Origin: Thermodesulfobacteriota bacterium
Lineage (GTDB): Bacteria; Desulfobacterota; BSN033; UBA1163
Direction of reading: 5' to 3'
Length of the DNA stretch: 64,000 nt
Assembly: GCA_030017685.1 (NCBI GenBank)
Contig: JASEHH010000006.1
Span: 3,082-67,081, forward strand
Made by a program: the position numbers and the translations under genes. Position 1 is the stretch's first letter, and every line of letters begins with the position of its first letter. Positions 46,584 to 55,834 of this stretch are shown piece after piece. The notes beneath the pieces were generated by a model. The model was not told the DNA's origin, searched no databases, and worked only from the letters and a program-made list of their open reading frames with translations.

Positions 46584-48323
46584 TTATACCAGCCGGTACA
46601 AATCCAGGGCTTCAAATCTTTTTCTCCAGAAAGTGGAACCCTCCAGATAGGTTTCTGCAAAATGTTTCAGTCGTTGAGATTCGTTGTAATTACCCAGTTT
46701 TTTCTCGACAATGCCCAGGTATAAGTTAGCAAGAGGATTTTCATGGACGCGATTGCATACGTCTTTTAGCATTTTTTGCAGCATCCTCAATTTTACAGGG
46801 CGCCCCTCAAGTAAAATCTTTTCATAATTCACCTTGTAATCCATGATAAACCAAATATCTTTCAATTCTTCCCTTGTTGGAATTTTGTTAAGGCTTCCTT
46901 CAAAGGGGTTGTAAAATTCTTTTGCCTCAGTCTTTTCCTGTTTTTCACGAAGCCGTTGCCCTCCGGTTGATCCGACGAAAAATCGACTGGTAATATCGTT
47001 CGCTTCTACGATCCCTTCTTCTTCCAGGACTTTTCGGACACCTGTCGCAGGGAAAGGTGTTAGAATCTGAATCGGATACCAGTCAAGGGATAGTTCGCGA
47101 GCAAGGTGAATCGTGTCGAGTATTTGACCAAGGGTTTCGTTCAAAAAGCCCGCCATCAAGAAACCTTTTGTAAATATGTCGGGGTATTCTTGCAATATTT
47201 CTGCGGCCCTTTTGAAATGCTTTATTCCGCTGGGCTTCCGGATTGAATGAAGAATTTCTGGATTGCCTGATTCAATCCCTATGGTCAAGCCAATGCAACC
47301 AGACTCATAAGCACCAAGAGCGATTTCAGGGGTAATGCCGCTTGCCACTACACCGTTTGACGCATCCCAGGTAATATTCAGCTGCCGCCTGGTTATTTCT
47401 TTAAAAAGGTTTATAGCCCTTTTCTCATTGAACAAGAGATCGTCATCCAGCCACATAAAATGCCTAATATTATATTTTTTATACAGGGATTCCATCTCGT
47501 CCACAACCGTTGTGATATCACGTTGCCTGACTCCGTTTCCTCCATAAAAGGCCTTGACGCTGCAAAATGTGCAATTGCCTCTACAGCCTCTGTTTGAAAG
47601 AACAGTTGACGCTTTTACCTCATCGGATAGTAAGTAATGGTATGCTCCTATCTTTCCGAGATGATGATAGTTGCCGATCGGTAAATCGCCAAATTCCGGT
47701 GCGGAAGCAATATCGTCTTCCATCTTGCGATTATCAATAATAATGTAGGTGTTCTTATATTTTGTGGCAATTTGACTGAATTTATTTTTCAGAGTTTTGC
47801 CATTAATAAAATCAATTAACGTGATAAAGCTGGAATCACCTTCATATAAAGATACAAAATCTATACTCTCACAATCATTTAAGACACACTCAGGGGCAGC
47901 AGATGGATGCACCCCGCCAGCGATGACAGGTAATTTTCTGTTATATTCCTTAATAAAATCGGCGACGTCTTTCATAGATTGATGGCTCATGCTGTACAGG
48001 CAAGTGATGGCGCAGAGGTCGGGTTTAAACTGCAAGATTTTTTGTTTTAGCTGATCCTTCCAAACACTGTATCGAAACTCTTTCTGATTCAAAACCCCAT
48101 AATTCAAATCTACAATGTCAGCCAGGTAGCCGTTCTCCTTTAATTTCCTGTATATTATTCCCAAACCGTAGGGGGGAAAAACCGGATACCTTTTTTGTCG
48201 AGCCACTTCCCAATCAAATTCTTCTTCAGGGATAACTGGCGGATTTATCAATAAAATACGCCTACAATCCCTTGGAAAAACTTCCTTTATTTTATTAAAG
48301 ATAGGACTTAAGTTATGGTCCAT
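46584..48323 (-). CDS. B12-binding radical SAM enzyme (second, AT-rich)
   Basis: ILLINPP...IAGGVHPS...YEGD; RGCRGNCTFC; WLDDDL; GIESGN. Confidence 0.9.
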   Translation of the reverse strand: MDHNLSPIFNKIKEVFPRDCRRILLINPPVIPEEEFDWEVARQKRYPVFPPYGLGIIYRKLKENGYLADIVDLNYGVLNQKEFRYSVWKDQLKQKILQFKPDLCAITCLYSMSHQSMKDVADFIKEYNRKLPVIAGGVHPSAAPECVLNDCESIDFVSLYEGDSSFITLIDFINGKTLKNKFSQIATKYKNTYIIIDNRKMEDDIASAPEFGDLPIGNYHHLGKIGAYHYLLSDEVKASTVLSNRGCRGNCTFCSVKAFYGGNGVRQRDITTVVDEMESLYKKYNIRHFMWLDDDLLFNEKRAINLFKEITRRQLNITWDASNGVVASGITPEIALGAYESGCIGLTIGIESGNPEILHSIRKPSGIKHFKRAAEILQEYPDIFTKGFLMAGFLNETLGQILDTIHLARELSLDWYPIQILTPFPATGVRKVLEEEGIVEANDITSRFFVGSTGGQRLREKQEKTEAKEFYNPFEGSLNKIPTREELKDIWFIMDYKVNYEKILLEGRPVKLRMLQKMLKDVCNRVHENPLANLYLGIVEKKLGNYNESQRLKHFAETYLEGSTFWRKRFEALDLYRLV

Positions 48324-48343
48324 TTATAGCTGCCTCCCAGTTT

Positions 48344-49243
48344 TTATCGCTGAAGCATTTGTTTGACAGTTATATAAATTCTGTCTGCATTGGGTGCCGC
48401 GTTCTGCAACGGAGGGCATAGGCACTTGGTTCTATCATATAACCCTAGCGCCTTCACAGAGTGACCTGTGGCTTGGTTCAATGCATAGGCAATGGACTGG
48501 GAAGCCCCTGCGATTTCATAGCCTGAATCAATCACAAGGCCCAGTTTGCTCTGGTTCAGCGGATCGATCAGACGTCTTGTGGAAACAATTGGTTTAAGCC
48601 ACAGAAGATGGATAATGTTGCATTTTATTCCATCGGCTTTGAGCATCTGAGTGGCCCGGGTGACCTCAAATCTTGTAGATGAAATGGCATAAAGGGTGAT
48701 GTCAGCGTCATCCACGAAGACATCGTTCATTTCCTCGGTATTCGGAAAGCTGATGCGGTGCTCACTGACAATCATGGGGTCATCGTTTTCCATGAAGACC
48801 TTCCAGACCTCTTCATACTCCTTTGGAGTCATGGGAGAGCAGACGCGAAAGCCGGGGAAGTGCATGAAAATGCTGTGAAGAATCCCTGAATGGACAGGCC
48901 CTATACCCTCCGCACCGATCGCCCTGACAAAGATGGGCGCGCCTTTCCCGTGGAGTTCCTTTGTCTTGGCCGCATAAAAGATGAGGGGGCTTCCATTCAG
49001 GATGAGAAAATCCTGAAACCGGACGACGAAGATAGGCCTCCGGCCGACCAGGGACGCACCGACGGCAATGCCAGCGCCTGCGACATCGCTCATCGGAAGC
49101 TCCACGATTCCAGGACAGTCCGGAACCGTATTATTCACCCACCCGGCAGCCGTGATCGATTGGCCCAGAAGTAATCCGTTATTCTCGAGCAGGTGGCTTC
49201 TCGTTATCTCCCTAATCGTTTCCGCAACTGTTTTGGATCCCAT
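48344..49243 (-). CDS. ThDP-dependent dehydrogenase E1 beta/transketolase C-terminal subunit
   Basis: LLLGQSI...ELPMSDVAGAGIAVGASLVGRRPI...GPVHS; start set at MGSKTV (40-bp overlap with the alpha gene). Confidence 0.85.
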   Translation of the reverse strand: MGSKTVAETIREITRSHLLENNGLLLGQSITAAGWVNNTVPDCPGIVELPMSDVAGAGIAVGASLVGRRPIFVVRFQDFLILNGSPLIFYAAKTKELHGKGAPIFVRAIGAEGIGPVHSGILHSIFMHFPGFRVCSPMTPKEYEEVWKVFMENDDPMIVSEHRISFPNTEEMNDVFVDDADITLYAISSTRFEVTRATQMLKADGIKCNIIHLLWLKPIVSTRRLIDPLNQSKLGLVIDSGYEIAGASQSIAYALNQATGHSVKALGLYDRTKCLCPPLQNAAPNADRIYITVKQMLQR

Positions 49244-50163
49244 AATTTCTCTATCGACTCTCGAACCTCTTCTTCGATGTTTGATATCTTCTCCAGAAGG
49301 CCCATTTTCCTGAGCTCTTCTTTTACCAGGGTAAACCTGTCCCACTCTGTAGGCCCGTCTTGTCCTACTCCGACATGCCAGTGGGCTCTGCAGGTATCAA
49401 TGTTCAAAAAGGCGGGAAGACCCTTGATCAATTCCTGTGTCCGTTGGATGAGGGTCCATGGGTCATCGCTGGTCTCAAAGGCCTGCATGCCAAGGGCCCC
49501 TGCCACCTTGGTCATGCTCCATGACCGCCGTTTGTCCACCGTGGTTAGGATCGAGAGATTATTATCTTCGCATATAAATAAGACCGGCAATCTATGGGTC
49601 ACTGCAAACCCCATGGCCGCAAAGACATAATCTTCCTCGGCCGCTCCGTCTCCAAAGAGACATACTGTCGGTTTGTTGCTTCCCAGGGCCGCGCCCACAC
49701 CAAGGGAAACGTTCTCCCCGATGAGTCCGTGATGGCCAAACATGGTAATATTGTTTTCATGGCATTGAATGCAATTTGATCCTGCTCTGCCTCCGCTTGT
49801 CCCACCTGGCAATCCCAGAAGCTCATCTCGCAGTTTCTCCGGGGCACCTCCAAAGGCCAGATAGATCCCGTGACATCGATGCTGGGCAAAGATCATGTAT
49901 TCGGGGATGACCAGCGATAAGGCAGCCCCGATGGCTTCCTGCCCGAGAGAGAGATAGACCGGATAGGTGATCAGACCGTCCCCTGCGGCGCGAACGATTC
50001 CAAGTTCAAAATATCGGATCAGACACATCCGGCGAAAGAGGGTGAGGGAGGTGTTGGGATGGAAAGACTGGATAAGATCCGAAATCACACCCAAGGAGGG
50101 TGATCTCCCTAAGGCCTCCTCGTCTGGAACGGCTTCCCTATTTTTTTCCAAAAGATTTGCCAT
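49204..50163 (-). CDS. ThDP-dependent dehydrogenase E1 alpha subunit
   Basis: YLSLGQEAI, AQHRCHG, ThDP motif GDGAAEE...EDNN. Confidence 0.9.
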   Translation of the reverse strand: MANLLEKNREAVPDEEALGRSPSLGVISDLIQSFHPNTSLTLFRRMCLIRYFELGIVRAAGDGLITYPVYLSLGQEAIGAALSLVIPEYMIFAQHRCHGIYLAFGGAPEKLRDELLGLPGGTSGGRAGSNCIQCHENNITMFGHHGLIGENVSLGVGAALGSNKPTVCLFGDGAAEEDYVFAAMGFAVTHRLPVLFICEDNNLSILTTVDKRRSWSMTKVAGALGMQAFETSDDPWTLIQRTQELIKGLPAFLNIDTCRAHWHVGVGQDGPTEWDRFTLVKEELRKMGLLEKISNIEEEVRESIEKLWDPKQLRKRLGR

Positions 50164-50165
50164 GC

Positions 50166-50825
50166 TCAGCCCTCATAAAATAAGGCCATTTGAATCGCCA
50201 ATGAATCGTTAAAGTCCTTGATCCTCATCACCTCTTTGGGAAAGACCGCTTCCCGGTGCTCCCGGCCAATAAAGTCGATGCCCGCTCTCATGGCCCCTTC
50301 GTAATCCGTAATGGAATCGCCGATCATCACCATCTCATCCGATCTCACCTCTGACTCTGAAAGGATGGATCCGATAATCTCCCCTTTCTTTTTGGGTGCG
50401 CCGTAGACGCCTTTGAAATAGTGGCTGAGATGTCGGCCTGAGATGATCCGGGAGAGTTCGTCCTCGGGTGTTCCCGAGGCAATGTAGAAATGGGTGACTC
50501 GATAGTACCGATTGAGAAAACGATCCGCACCCGGCACCCAGGGGGCCTGTTCCACCGCCTTCTCAACGAGCTCTGAAAAACGCTCCCAGAGGCTCACTTC
50601 CTCGTCATGAGAGGGATCCCTTCCCAGAAACTCCCTATGACAATATCGAATCTTTTCGAATCTTGAGATGCCTCCGTACCGTTGATCGTATTGGACAACC
50701 TTCTCCACCACCTCAGGCCCATACTCTTTATAGAGTTCGGCGTAGGCCTTTGTCTTGATATCGGCTGATTCCACCAGGACCCCGTCGAAGTCGAAAACGA
50801 TCACACGGTATTTCAACAGCCTCAT
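50166..50825 (-). CDS. HAD-family phosphatase
   Basis: FDFDGVLVES motif I; MIGDSITD motif IV. Confidence 0.88.
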   Translation of the reverse strand: MRLLKYRVIVFDFDGVLVESADIKTKAYAELYKEYGPEVVEKVVQYDQRYGGISRFEKIRYCHREFLGRDPSHDEEVSLWERFSELVEKAVEQAPWVPGADRFLNRYYRVTHFYIASGTPEDELSRIISGRHLSHYFKGVYGAPKKKGEIIGSILSESEVRSDEMVMIGDSITDYEGAMRAGIDFIGREHREAVFPKEVMRIKDFNDSLAIQMALFYEG

Positions 50826-51346
50826 TCTCTTTCCTTTGCCATATAGTCGATGACCGCCTTCATAAAGTCACCATTATTGTTATAGTGGGGTGAGGTGATG
50901 AAATTTCCATCGATGACCACCGGGACTTTATGCTGATAGTCGGCGCCGGAATTTTTAAGGTCAACCTCCAGGCTCCAAAAGGCAGTCATCTTACGGCCTC
51001 GGGTAATCCCTGCTGTGATGAGAATCCACGGGCCATGACAGATGGCCGCAATCAATTTCTTCCGATCGTTCATCTTTTTCACAAATTCCAGAACCTCTGG
51101 TAGAAGCCGAAGTCGATCTGGAGCCTCAAACCCCCCTGGCAATAGCACAAGGTCAAAGGCATCGGCATCGAGCTCATCTGTGCTGATCGTTGGCTTGGCT
51201 GGGACACCGTATTTACCATAAACAACGGCTTTATCTTTGGTGGCCACATCGACTGAAAATCCAGCTTCAATCAGCCTGTAATACGGATAAATATATTCCT
51301 CATCCTGAAAGCCAGGACCTGTGATGATGACCGCTCTTTTCTTCAT
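50822..51346 (-). CDS. DJ-1/PfpI family protein
   Basis: GFQDEE, LLPGG, AAICHGPW nucleophile elbow. Confidence 0.9.
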   Translation of the reverse strand: MKKRAVIITGPGFQDEEYIYPYYRLIEAGFSVDVATKDKAVVYGKYGVPAKPTISTDELDADAFDLVLLPGGFEAPDRLRLLPEVLEFVKKMNDRKKLIAAICHGPWILITAGITRGRKMTAFWSLEVDLKNSGADYQHKVPVVIDGNFITSPHYNNNGDFMKAVIDYMAKERE

Positions 51347-51380
51347 TTGATCCTCCTCATCAAGTAATTCTTAATCCTTT

Positions 51381-52655
51381 CTAACGAGTCTCCAGAAACC
51401 TTCCCAATACATCCAGAACATACTCCATCTCTTCCAGTCCCAGGTCTTGGTGGACACCAATGTGTATGCCGTGTTTTCCAATATATTCCGCATTCGGGAA
51501 CTGTCCGGGTTGATAGCCAAGATAGGCAAACCCCGCACATTGGGTTGGCATGGAGGCGAAGAGGGTACGGGTCTCAACGCCATTCTCCTCAAGATAGTGG
51601 GTGAGTTCAGCACGGGTGAAAGATGCCCCTTCCTGAAAAATGATCGGAATGGCATGAGGACCAATCCGCTCATGAGGCTCCTCATGGATTGTAGTTAAAT
51701 AGGGGCTGAAGCGGTTGAATCGGTCAAGGACATAAAGGAGGTTATGACGTCGTTTCTCAACGATATCGAGATAATTTTCGATATTTCCCAGCCCGATGGC
51801 CGCTTCAATCTCGTTCATCTTAGAGGAATAACCGACCCGCTCGAATACAAACCGGATGTCCTCACCCCCGTTGCCATGAAAACGCTTCTGGCAGTACGCG
51901 GATGCCGTATTCAGTGTGCACCGCTTGCACTTACAGGCCCGGCCGTGGGAGCGGAGGGAGCGCAGGATCTCGGCGAACTCTTCCCGATTCGTCGTCACAA
52001 TGCCGCCTTCTCCCGTGGTGATGATGTGGGCTACGTAGAGACTGAAGGCCGCAAGATCCGAGAGCGTGCCAACCGGCTTTCCCTTATACATGGCTCCATG
52101 GGCCTCGGCCGCATCCTCAATGACGTAAAGTCCATGCCTTCTGGCAATCGCATTGATGACATCCATGTCGGCTGGCTTTCCCATGAGATGGACCGGCATG
52201 ATCGCTCGCGTCTTCTCTGTGATGGCTCCCTCAATCTGGCTGATATCGATGTTGAGAGTCTTCCTGTCGATATCTACAAATACCGGCTTGAAACCCGCAT
52301 GGACCACCGCATTGCCCGTGGCGACGAAGGAGAGGGCTGGAAGGATCACTTCATCGCCTCGCTTCGCTCCAAAGTCATGGAGCACGGCAAGTGCCAGAAT
52401 ATCCGCATCCGTGCCACTGCTTACGGCCACGGCTTCCTTCACCCCAAGGAGGTCTGCAAATCTTTCCTCGAACTGTCGCACGTACTTGCCGCTTGAGATA
52501 CGAGCCATCTCAAGGATGTCTCCAATAAGCCTCCTGGAGAGTTCCGGGATTTGGATCGTCCCGAAGGTAACCCTTCTCTTTTCACGGAAAAACTTCTTCC
52601 TCACAGGAGGTCTCATCGAAAGTACTGTTCGATCTCTTGCCTCATCCATCTCCAT
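51381..52655 (-). CDS. DegT/DnrJ-fold PLP enzyme with His at the catalytic Lys position (ColD/E1-type sugar C3 dehydratase candidate)
   Basis: SSGTDA, PVHLMG, IEDAAEAHG, FSLYVAH210IITTGEGG; Cys cluster GRACKCKRC...YC. Confidence 0.82.
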   Translation of the reverse strand: MEMDEARDRTVLSMRPPVRKKFFREKRRVTFGTIQIPELSRRLIGDILEMARISSGKYVRQFEERFADLLGVKEAVAVSSGTDADILALAVLHDFGAKRGDEVILPALSFVATGNAVVHAGFKPVFVDIDRKTLNIDISQIEGAITEKTRAIMPVHLMGKPADMDVINAIARRHGLYVIEDAAEAHGAMYKGKPVGTLSDLAAFSLYVAHIITTGEGGIVTTNREEFAEILRSLRSHGRACKCKRCTLNTASAYCQKRFHGNGGEDIRFVFERVGYSSKMNEIEAAIGLGNIENYLDIVEKRRHNLLYVLDRFNRFSPYLTTIHEEPHERIGPHAIPIIFQEGASFTRAELTHYLEENGVETRTLFASMPTQCAGFAYLGYQPGQFPNAEYIGKHGIHIGVHQDLGLEEMEYVLDVLGRFLETR

Positions 52656-53580
52656 TTTCTTTCTCCAAGAACCATCGAAAAGTTTCTTTTAATGCGGACT
52701 TGAAGTCATGGAAAGGCCGCCAGCCCATGGCCCAGAGTTTGCTGGAATCGAGAAGTTTCACGGGCATGCCATCTGCCTTATTGGCATCAAATCGCAACTC
52801 CCCTTTGTAACCGACGACTTCTTTGATCAAGACGGCAAGTTCCTTGATGGAGAGCGCCATCCCTGTTCCGAGATTAATGGGTCGATCATCGTCATATTCG
52901 TTCATCACGAAAATACAGGCATTCGCCAGGTCGCCAGCGAAGATAAATTCCCGCTGTGCGGCGCCCGTCCCCCAGATCTCTATATACTCTGCATGAGAGA
53001 GTTTTGCCTCATGCATCCTTCGGATGAGTCCAGCCACCACATGGGAGTTCTCTGGGCTGAAATCATCCCCTGGACCAAAGGCATTGGCCGGAATAGCTGA
53101 AATGAAATTCACCCCATACTGCTGACGATAGGCCTGACACAATTTCATGCCAGCGATCTTGGCTAGAGCATAGGCCTCATTGGTCGGTTCGAGGAGCCCG
53201 GTGAGCAAGGCGTCTTCTTTCATGGGTTGCGTGCAGAACTTTGGATAGCTACAGGAACTTGCCAGAAAAAGAAGTTTCTTCGCCCCGTGGCAGTAGGCAG
53301 AGCGAATGACATGACATTCCACCAGAAGATTGTCGAGCATGAGTTGTGCAGGATATTTCTGGTTGGCCATGATGCCACCTGATCTCCCGGCGGCCAAGAA
53401 GACGTATTCGGGCTTCTTACGAGCGAAGAAGGCGTCTACCTGAGTCCAATTGATCAACTCAGGTTCTTCTCTTGGTCTGTCGACAATGTGAGTGTACCCT
53501 TGGCGGTCCAATGCGCGCAGGATGGCTCCTCCGATCATGGTCTCGCCACCCGCCACATAAATTTTTTCATGCTTTTCCAA
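52642..53580 (-). CDS. fcl: GDP-L-fucose synthase/ColC-like epimerase-reductase
   Basis: AAGRSGGIMAN...LASSCSYPK...EPTNEAYALAK...WGTGAAQREF. Confidence 0.9.
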   Translation of the reverse strand: MEKHEKIYVAGGETMIGGAILRALDRQGYTHIVDRPREEPELINWTQVDAFFARKKPEYVFLAAGRSGGIMANQKYPAQLMLDNLLVECHVIRSAYCHGAKKLLFLASSCSYPKFCTQPMKEDALLTGLLEPTNEAYALAKIAGMKLCQAYRQQYGVNFISAIPANAFGPGDDFSPENSHVVAGLIRRMHEAKLSHAEYIEIWGTGAAQREFIFAGDLANACIFVMNEYDDDRPINLGTGMALSIKELAVLIKEVVGYKGELRFDANKADGMPVKLLDSSKLWAMGWRPFHDFKSALKETFRWFLEKENGDG

Positions 53581-53589
53581 ATCCCTCTC

Positions 53590-54654
53590 CTAAGATGGAT
53601 TAGGGGTAAGTTCTTGGAAGGACCGGATCGGCCGGCAAGCCCGATCCCTTTCCTCCGCCGAGTAATCCTCCTCCGAATCGAAAAAGATGATCTGACTTCC
53701 GGAGAATTCAATTTTGAACGGGACATGGATCAATTTGTTCAGTCTCTCTCTCACTTCTCCCTGCCTGGAAGGAGGGACGAAAAGCAAAATGAATCCGCCA
53801 CCTCCGGCTCCTGTTAATTTTCCGCCGATGGCCCCTGCTGAGATGGCTTCCTCGTAGATCTCATCCACATGAGAGTTGGAAACCTTGGAACTCAAGCTCC
53901 GTTTAGCCTGCCATGCCTCATGGAGGAGTTCGCCAAAGCCGGATATATCTTCACCGTTATTCAGGATCGAAATGCTTTCCTCAATTAAATCTTTCATAAT
54001 CCGAAGCTGCCTTTTTCTGCCTTCCATATCATTGACATAACTCTCGGCAATATTGGATGCCGTCCGTTTGATCCCTGTGTAGAAGAGCACCAGATGGGAA
54101 TTCAGTTCTTTGATCCGCTCCGGCGAAAGGGTAATAGGTCTGACAGAAAATGTGCCATTTGGAAGAAAGGTGATATGGTTGAAGCCACCGAAAGCCGCCG
54201 ACACCTGATCCTGGGACCCCACGGTCTCCTTCAGAACCTCCTGCTCAATATAGATGCTTTCTGTGGCTAATTGCTGCTTGCTTGGCATATAGCCTTTGAG
54301 GGCGTACAGGGCATGAAGGAGTCCCACGGTAAAAGAAGAACTGGTCCCCATCCCGCTCCGTGCTGGAAGATCCCCATCATGATGGATCTCCACGCCACGA
54401 TCGATATTCAAATGGCGTAAGATCTCCCGGACAGCGGGGTGGGCGATTTCGTCAATGGTCTGGCAGCTTTCGATCTTCGAGTAAACCAATCGGATCTTGT
54501 GTTCGAAAAAAGGCGGGAGATAGCGGCATGTCAGATAACAGTATTTGTCGATGGCAGTGGCGAGCACTGCCCCCCCATGTTTCCGGTACCATGCTGGATA
54601 GTCTGTTCCGCCACCGAAGAAAGAAATCCGAAAAGGAGTTCTGCTAATAATCAT
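53590..54654 (-). CDS. hddA: D-glycero-alpha-D-manno-heptose-7-phosphate kinase (GHMP kinase)
   Basis: RTPFRISFFGGGTDYP, DLPARSGMGTSS, GSQDQ, GGKLTGAGGGGF. Confidence 0.9.
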   Translation of the reverse strand: MIISRTPFRISFFGGGTDYPAWYRKHGGAVLATAIDKYCYLTCRYLPPFFEHKIRLVYSKIESCQTIDEIAHPAVREILRHLNIDRGVEIHHDGDLPARSGMGTSSSFTVGLLHALYALKGYMPSKQQLATESIYIEQEVLKETVGSQDQVSAAFGGFNHITFLPNGTFSVRPITLSPERIKELNSHLVLFYTGIKRTASNIAESYVNDMEGRKRQLRIMKDLIEESISILNNGEDISGFGELLHEAWQAKRSLSSKVSNSHVDEIYEEAISAGAIGGKLTGAGGGGFILLFVPPSRQGEVRERLNKLIHVPFKIEFSGSQIIFFDSEEDYSAEERDRACRPIRSFQELTPNPS

Positions 54655-55834
54655 GGATATTCACCTCTTTCTCTTGACCAAACAGGTCACGCTCGACCAA
54701 GGCACATAAGATGTGTTCGATCGCCAGATGGGCCTCTTGAATGTATTGGGTATCGGTGCTCGGAACTGAAATGGTCACATCCGCCCTCCCTTCCCGGTCG
54801 CCCTCCTTGCCTTTCAGAACGATGGTATGCATCTCTCCTGCTTGTGCGACTTTGACCGCACGGACCACATTAGCGGAGTTGCCACTCGTACTGATGCCGA
54901 TCAGGACATCTCCTCCCCTTCCAAGGGCCTGGATCTGACGTTCGAAAATGCCTTCGAACCCACAATCATTGGCGAAGGCTGTCAGAAAGGAGGTGTCCGT
55001 GGTCAAGGCAATGGCTGGCAGCCCGGGTCGATCAAAGTTCTTCGTCAGCCGACTGACAAATTCCGCAGCCATGTGCTGGCAATCGGCTGCACTTCCCCCA
55101 TTCCCGCACAACAGCAACTTTCCACCAGACCGGAACGTTTCCGAAATCAGGTCAGCCGCAGCGATAATCGAATCTACACAGCTCTCAACCATCTGCCGCT
55201 TCACCTCACCACTCTCAAAGAGGTGGTTCCTGACCCTATTGCGAAGCCGATCCACGCTGGGCTGCATTTTTTCTTTTGTCCCACCTGAGGCAAGAAGTTG
55301 CTGGATGAGGTTGGCCCCGGCTAATAAATCATCCACAACATAATCGGGTGGGAGCAGGGTACAAGAAGCAGAAGACTGGTCTCCATAGCCAGTACGAACC
55401 AATAGCGTCGTGGCCCCAACTCTTTTCCCAAGCTCAATGTCACATGCCTTATCGCCAATCACGAAACAGGCTTTTGGATCAAAGTCAAGTTCCTTCGCCG
55501 CCAACTCAAGGAGTCCGGGTCTGGGTTTACGGCAGGAACAATCCTCCTCGGGTCTATGGGGACAAACATAGATTCCATCCAAGTGAACATCTTCCGCCTT
55601 CAGTAGTTCACGGAGACGCTGATGAATGAGTTCCAGACGCATTGGGTCAAAGTATCCTCTTCCGATGCCGGACTGATTGGTGATCACAACGAGACCGAGG
55701 TCCATCTGACTCATTTGGTGCATGCCTTGAACGACTCCAGGGATCAATTCGACCCGATCAGGGTCCGAAAGATAATGACGCTCAATGTTTATCGTCCCGT
55801 CACGATCCAAAACTACGAAACGTCGCTGGGTCAT
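54644..55834 (-). CDS. gmhB/gmhA: Fused heptose-bisphosphate phosphatase (GmhB) and phosphoheptose isomerase (GmhA)
   Basis: LDRDGTIN...CPH...CSCRKPRPG; then CGNGGSAADCQH, ISTSGNS, IQEAH. Confidence 0.92.
   Translation of the reverse strand: MTQRRFVVLDRDGTINIERHYLSDPDRVELIPGVVQGMHQMSQMDLGLVVITNQSGIGRGYFDPMRLELIHQRLRELLKAEDVHLDGIYVCPHRPEEDCSCRKPRPGLLELAAKELDFDPKACFVIGDKACDIELGKRVGATTLLVRTGYGDQSSASCTLLPPDYVVDDLLAGANLIQQLLASGGTKEKMQPSVDRLRNRVRNHLFESGEVKRQMVESCVDSIIAAADLISETFRSGGKLLLCGNGGSAADCQHMAAEFVSRLTKNFDRPGLPAIALTTDTSFLTAFANDCGFEGIFERQIQALGRGGDVLIGISTSGNSANVVRAVKVAQAGEMHTIVLKGKEGDREGRADVTISVPSTDTQYIQEAHLAIEHILCALVERDLFGQEKEVNIHDY

Noticed and set aside
49244-49345. N-terminal extension of the E1 beta ORF
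   Set aside because: Lies in an alternate frame of the alpha gene; MGSKTV is the more plausible start.
51381-52655. Annotation as an ordinary sugar aminotransferase (perosamine synthase type)
   Set aside because: The catalytic Lys position is His.
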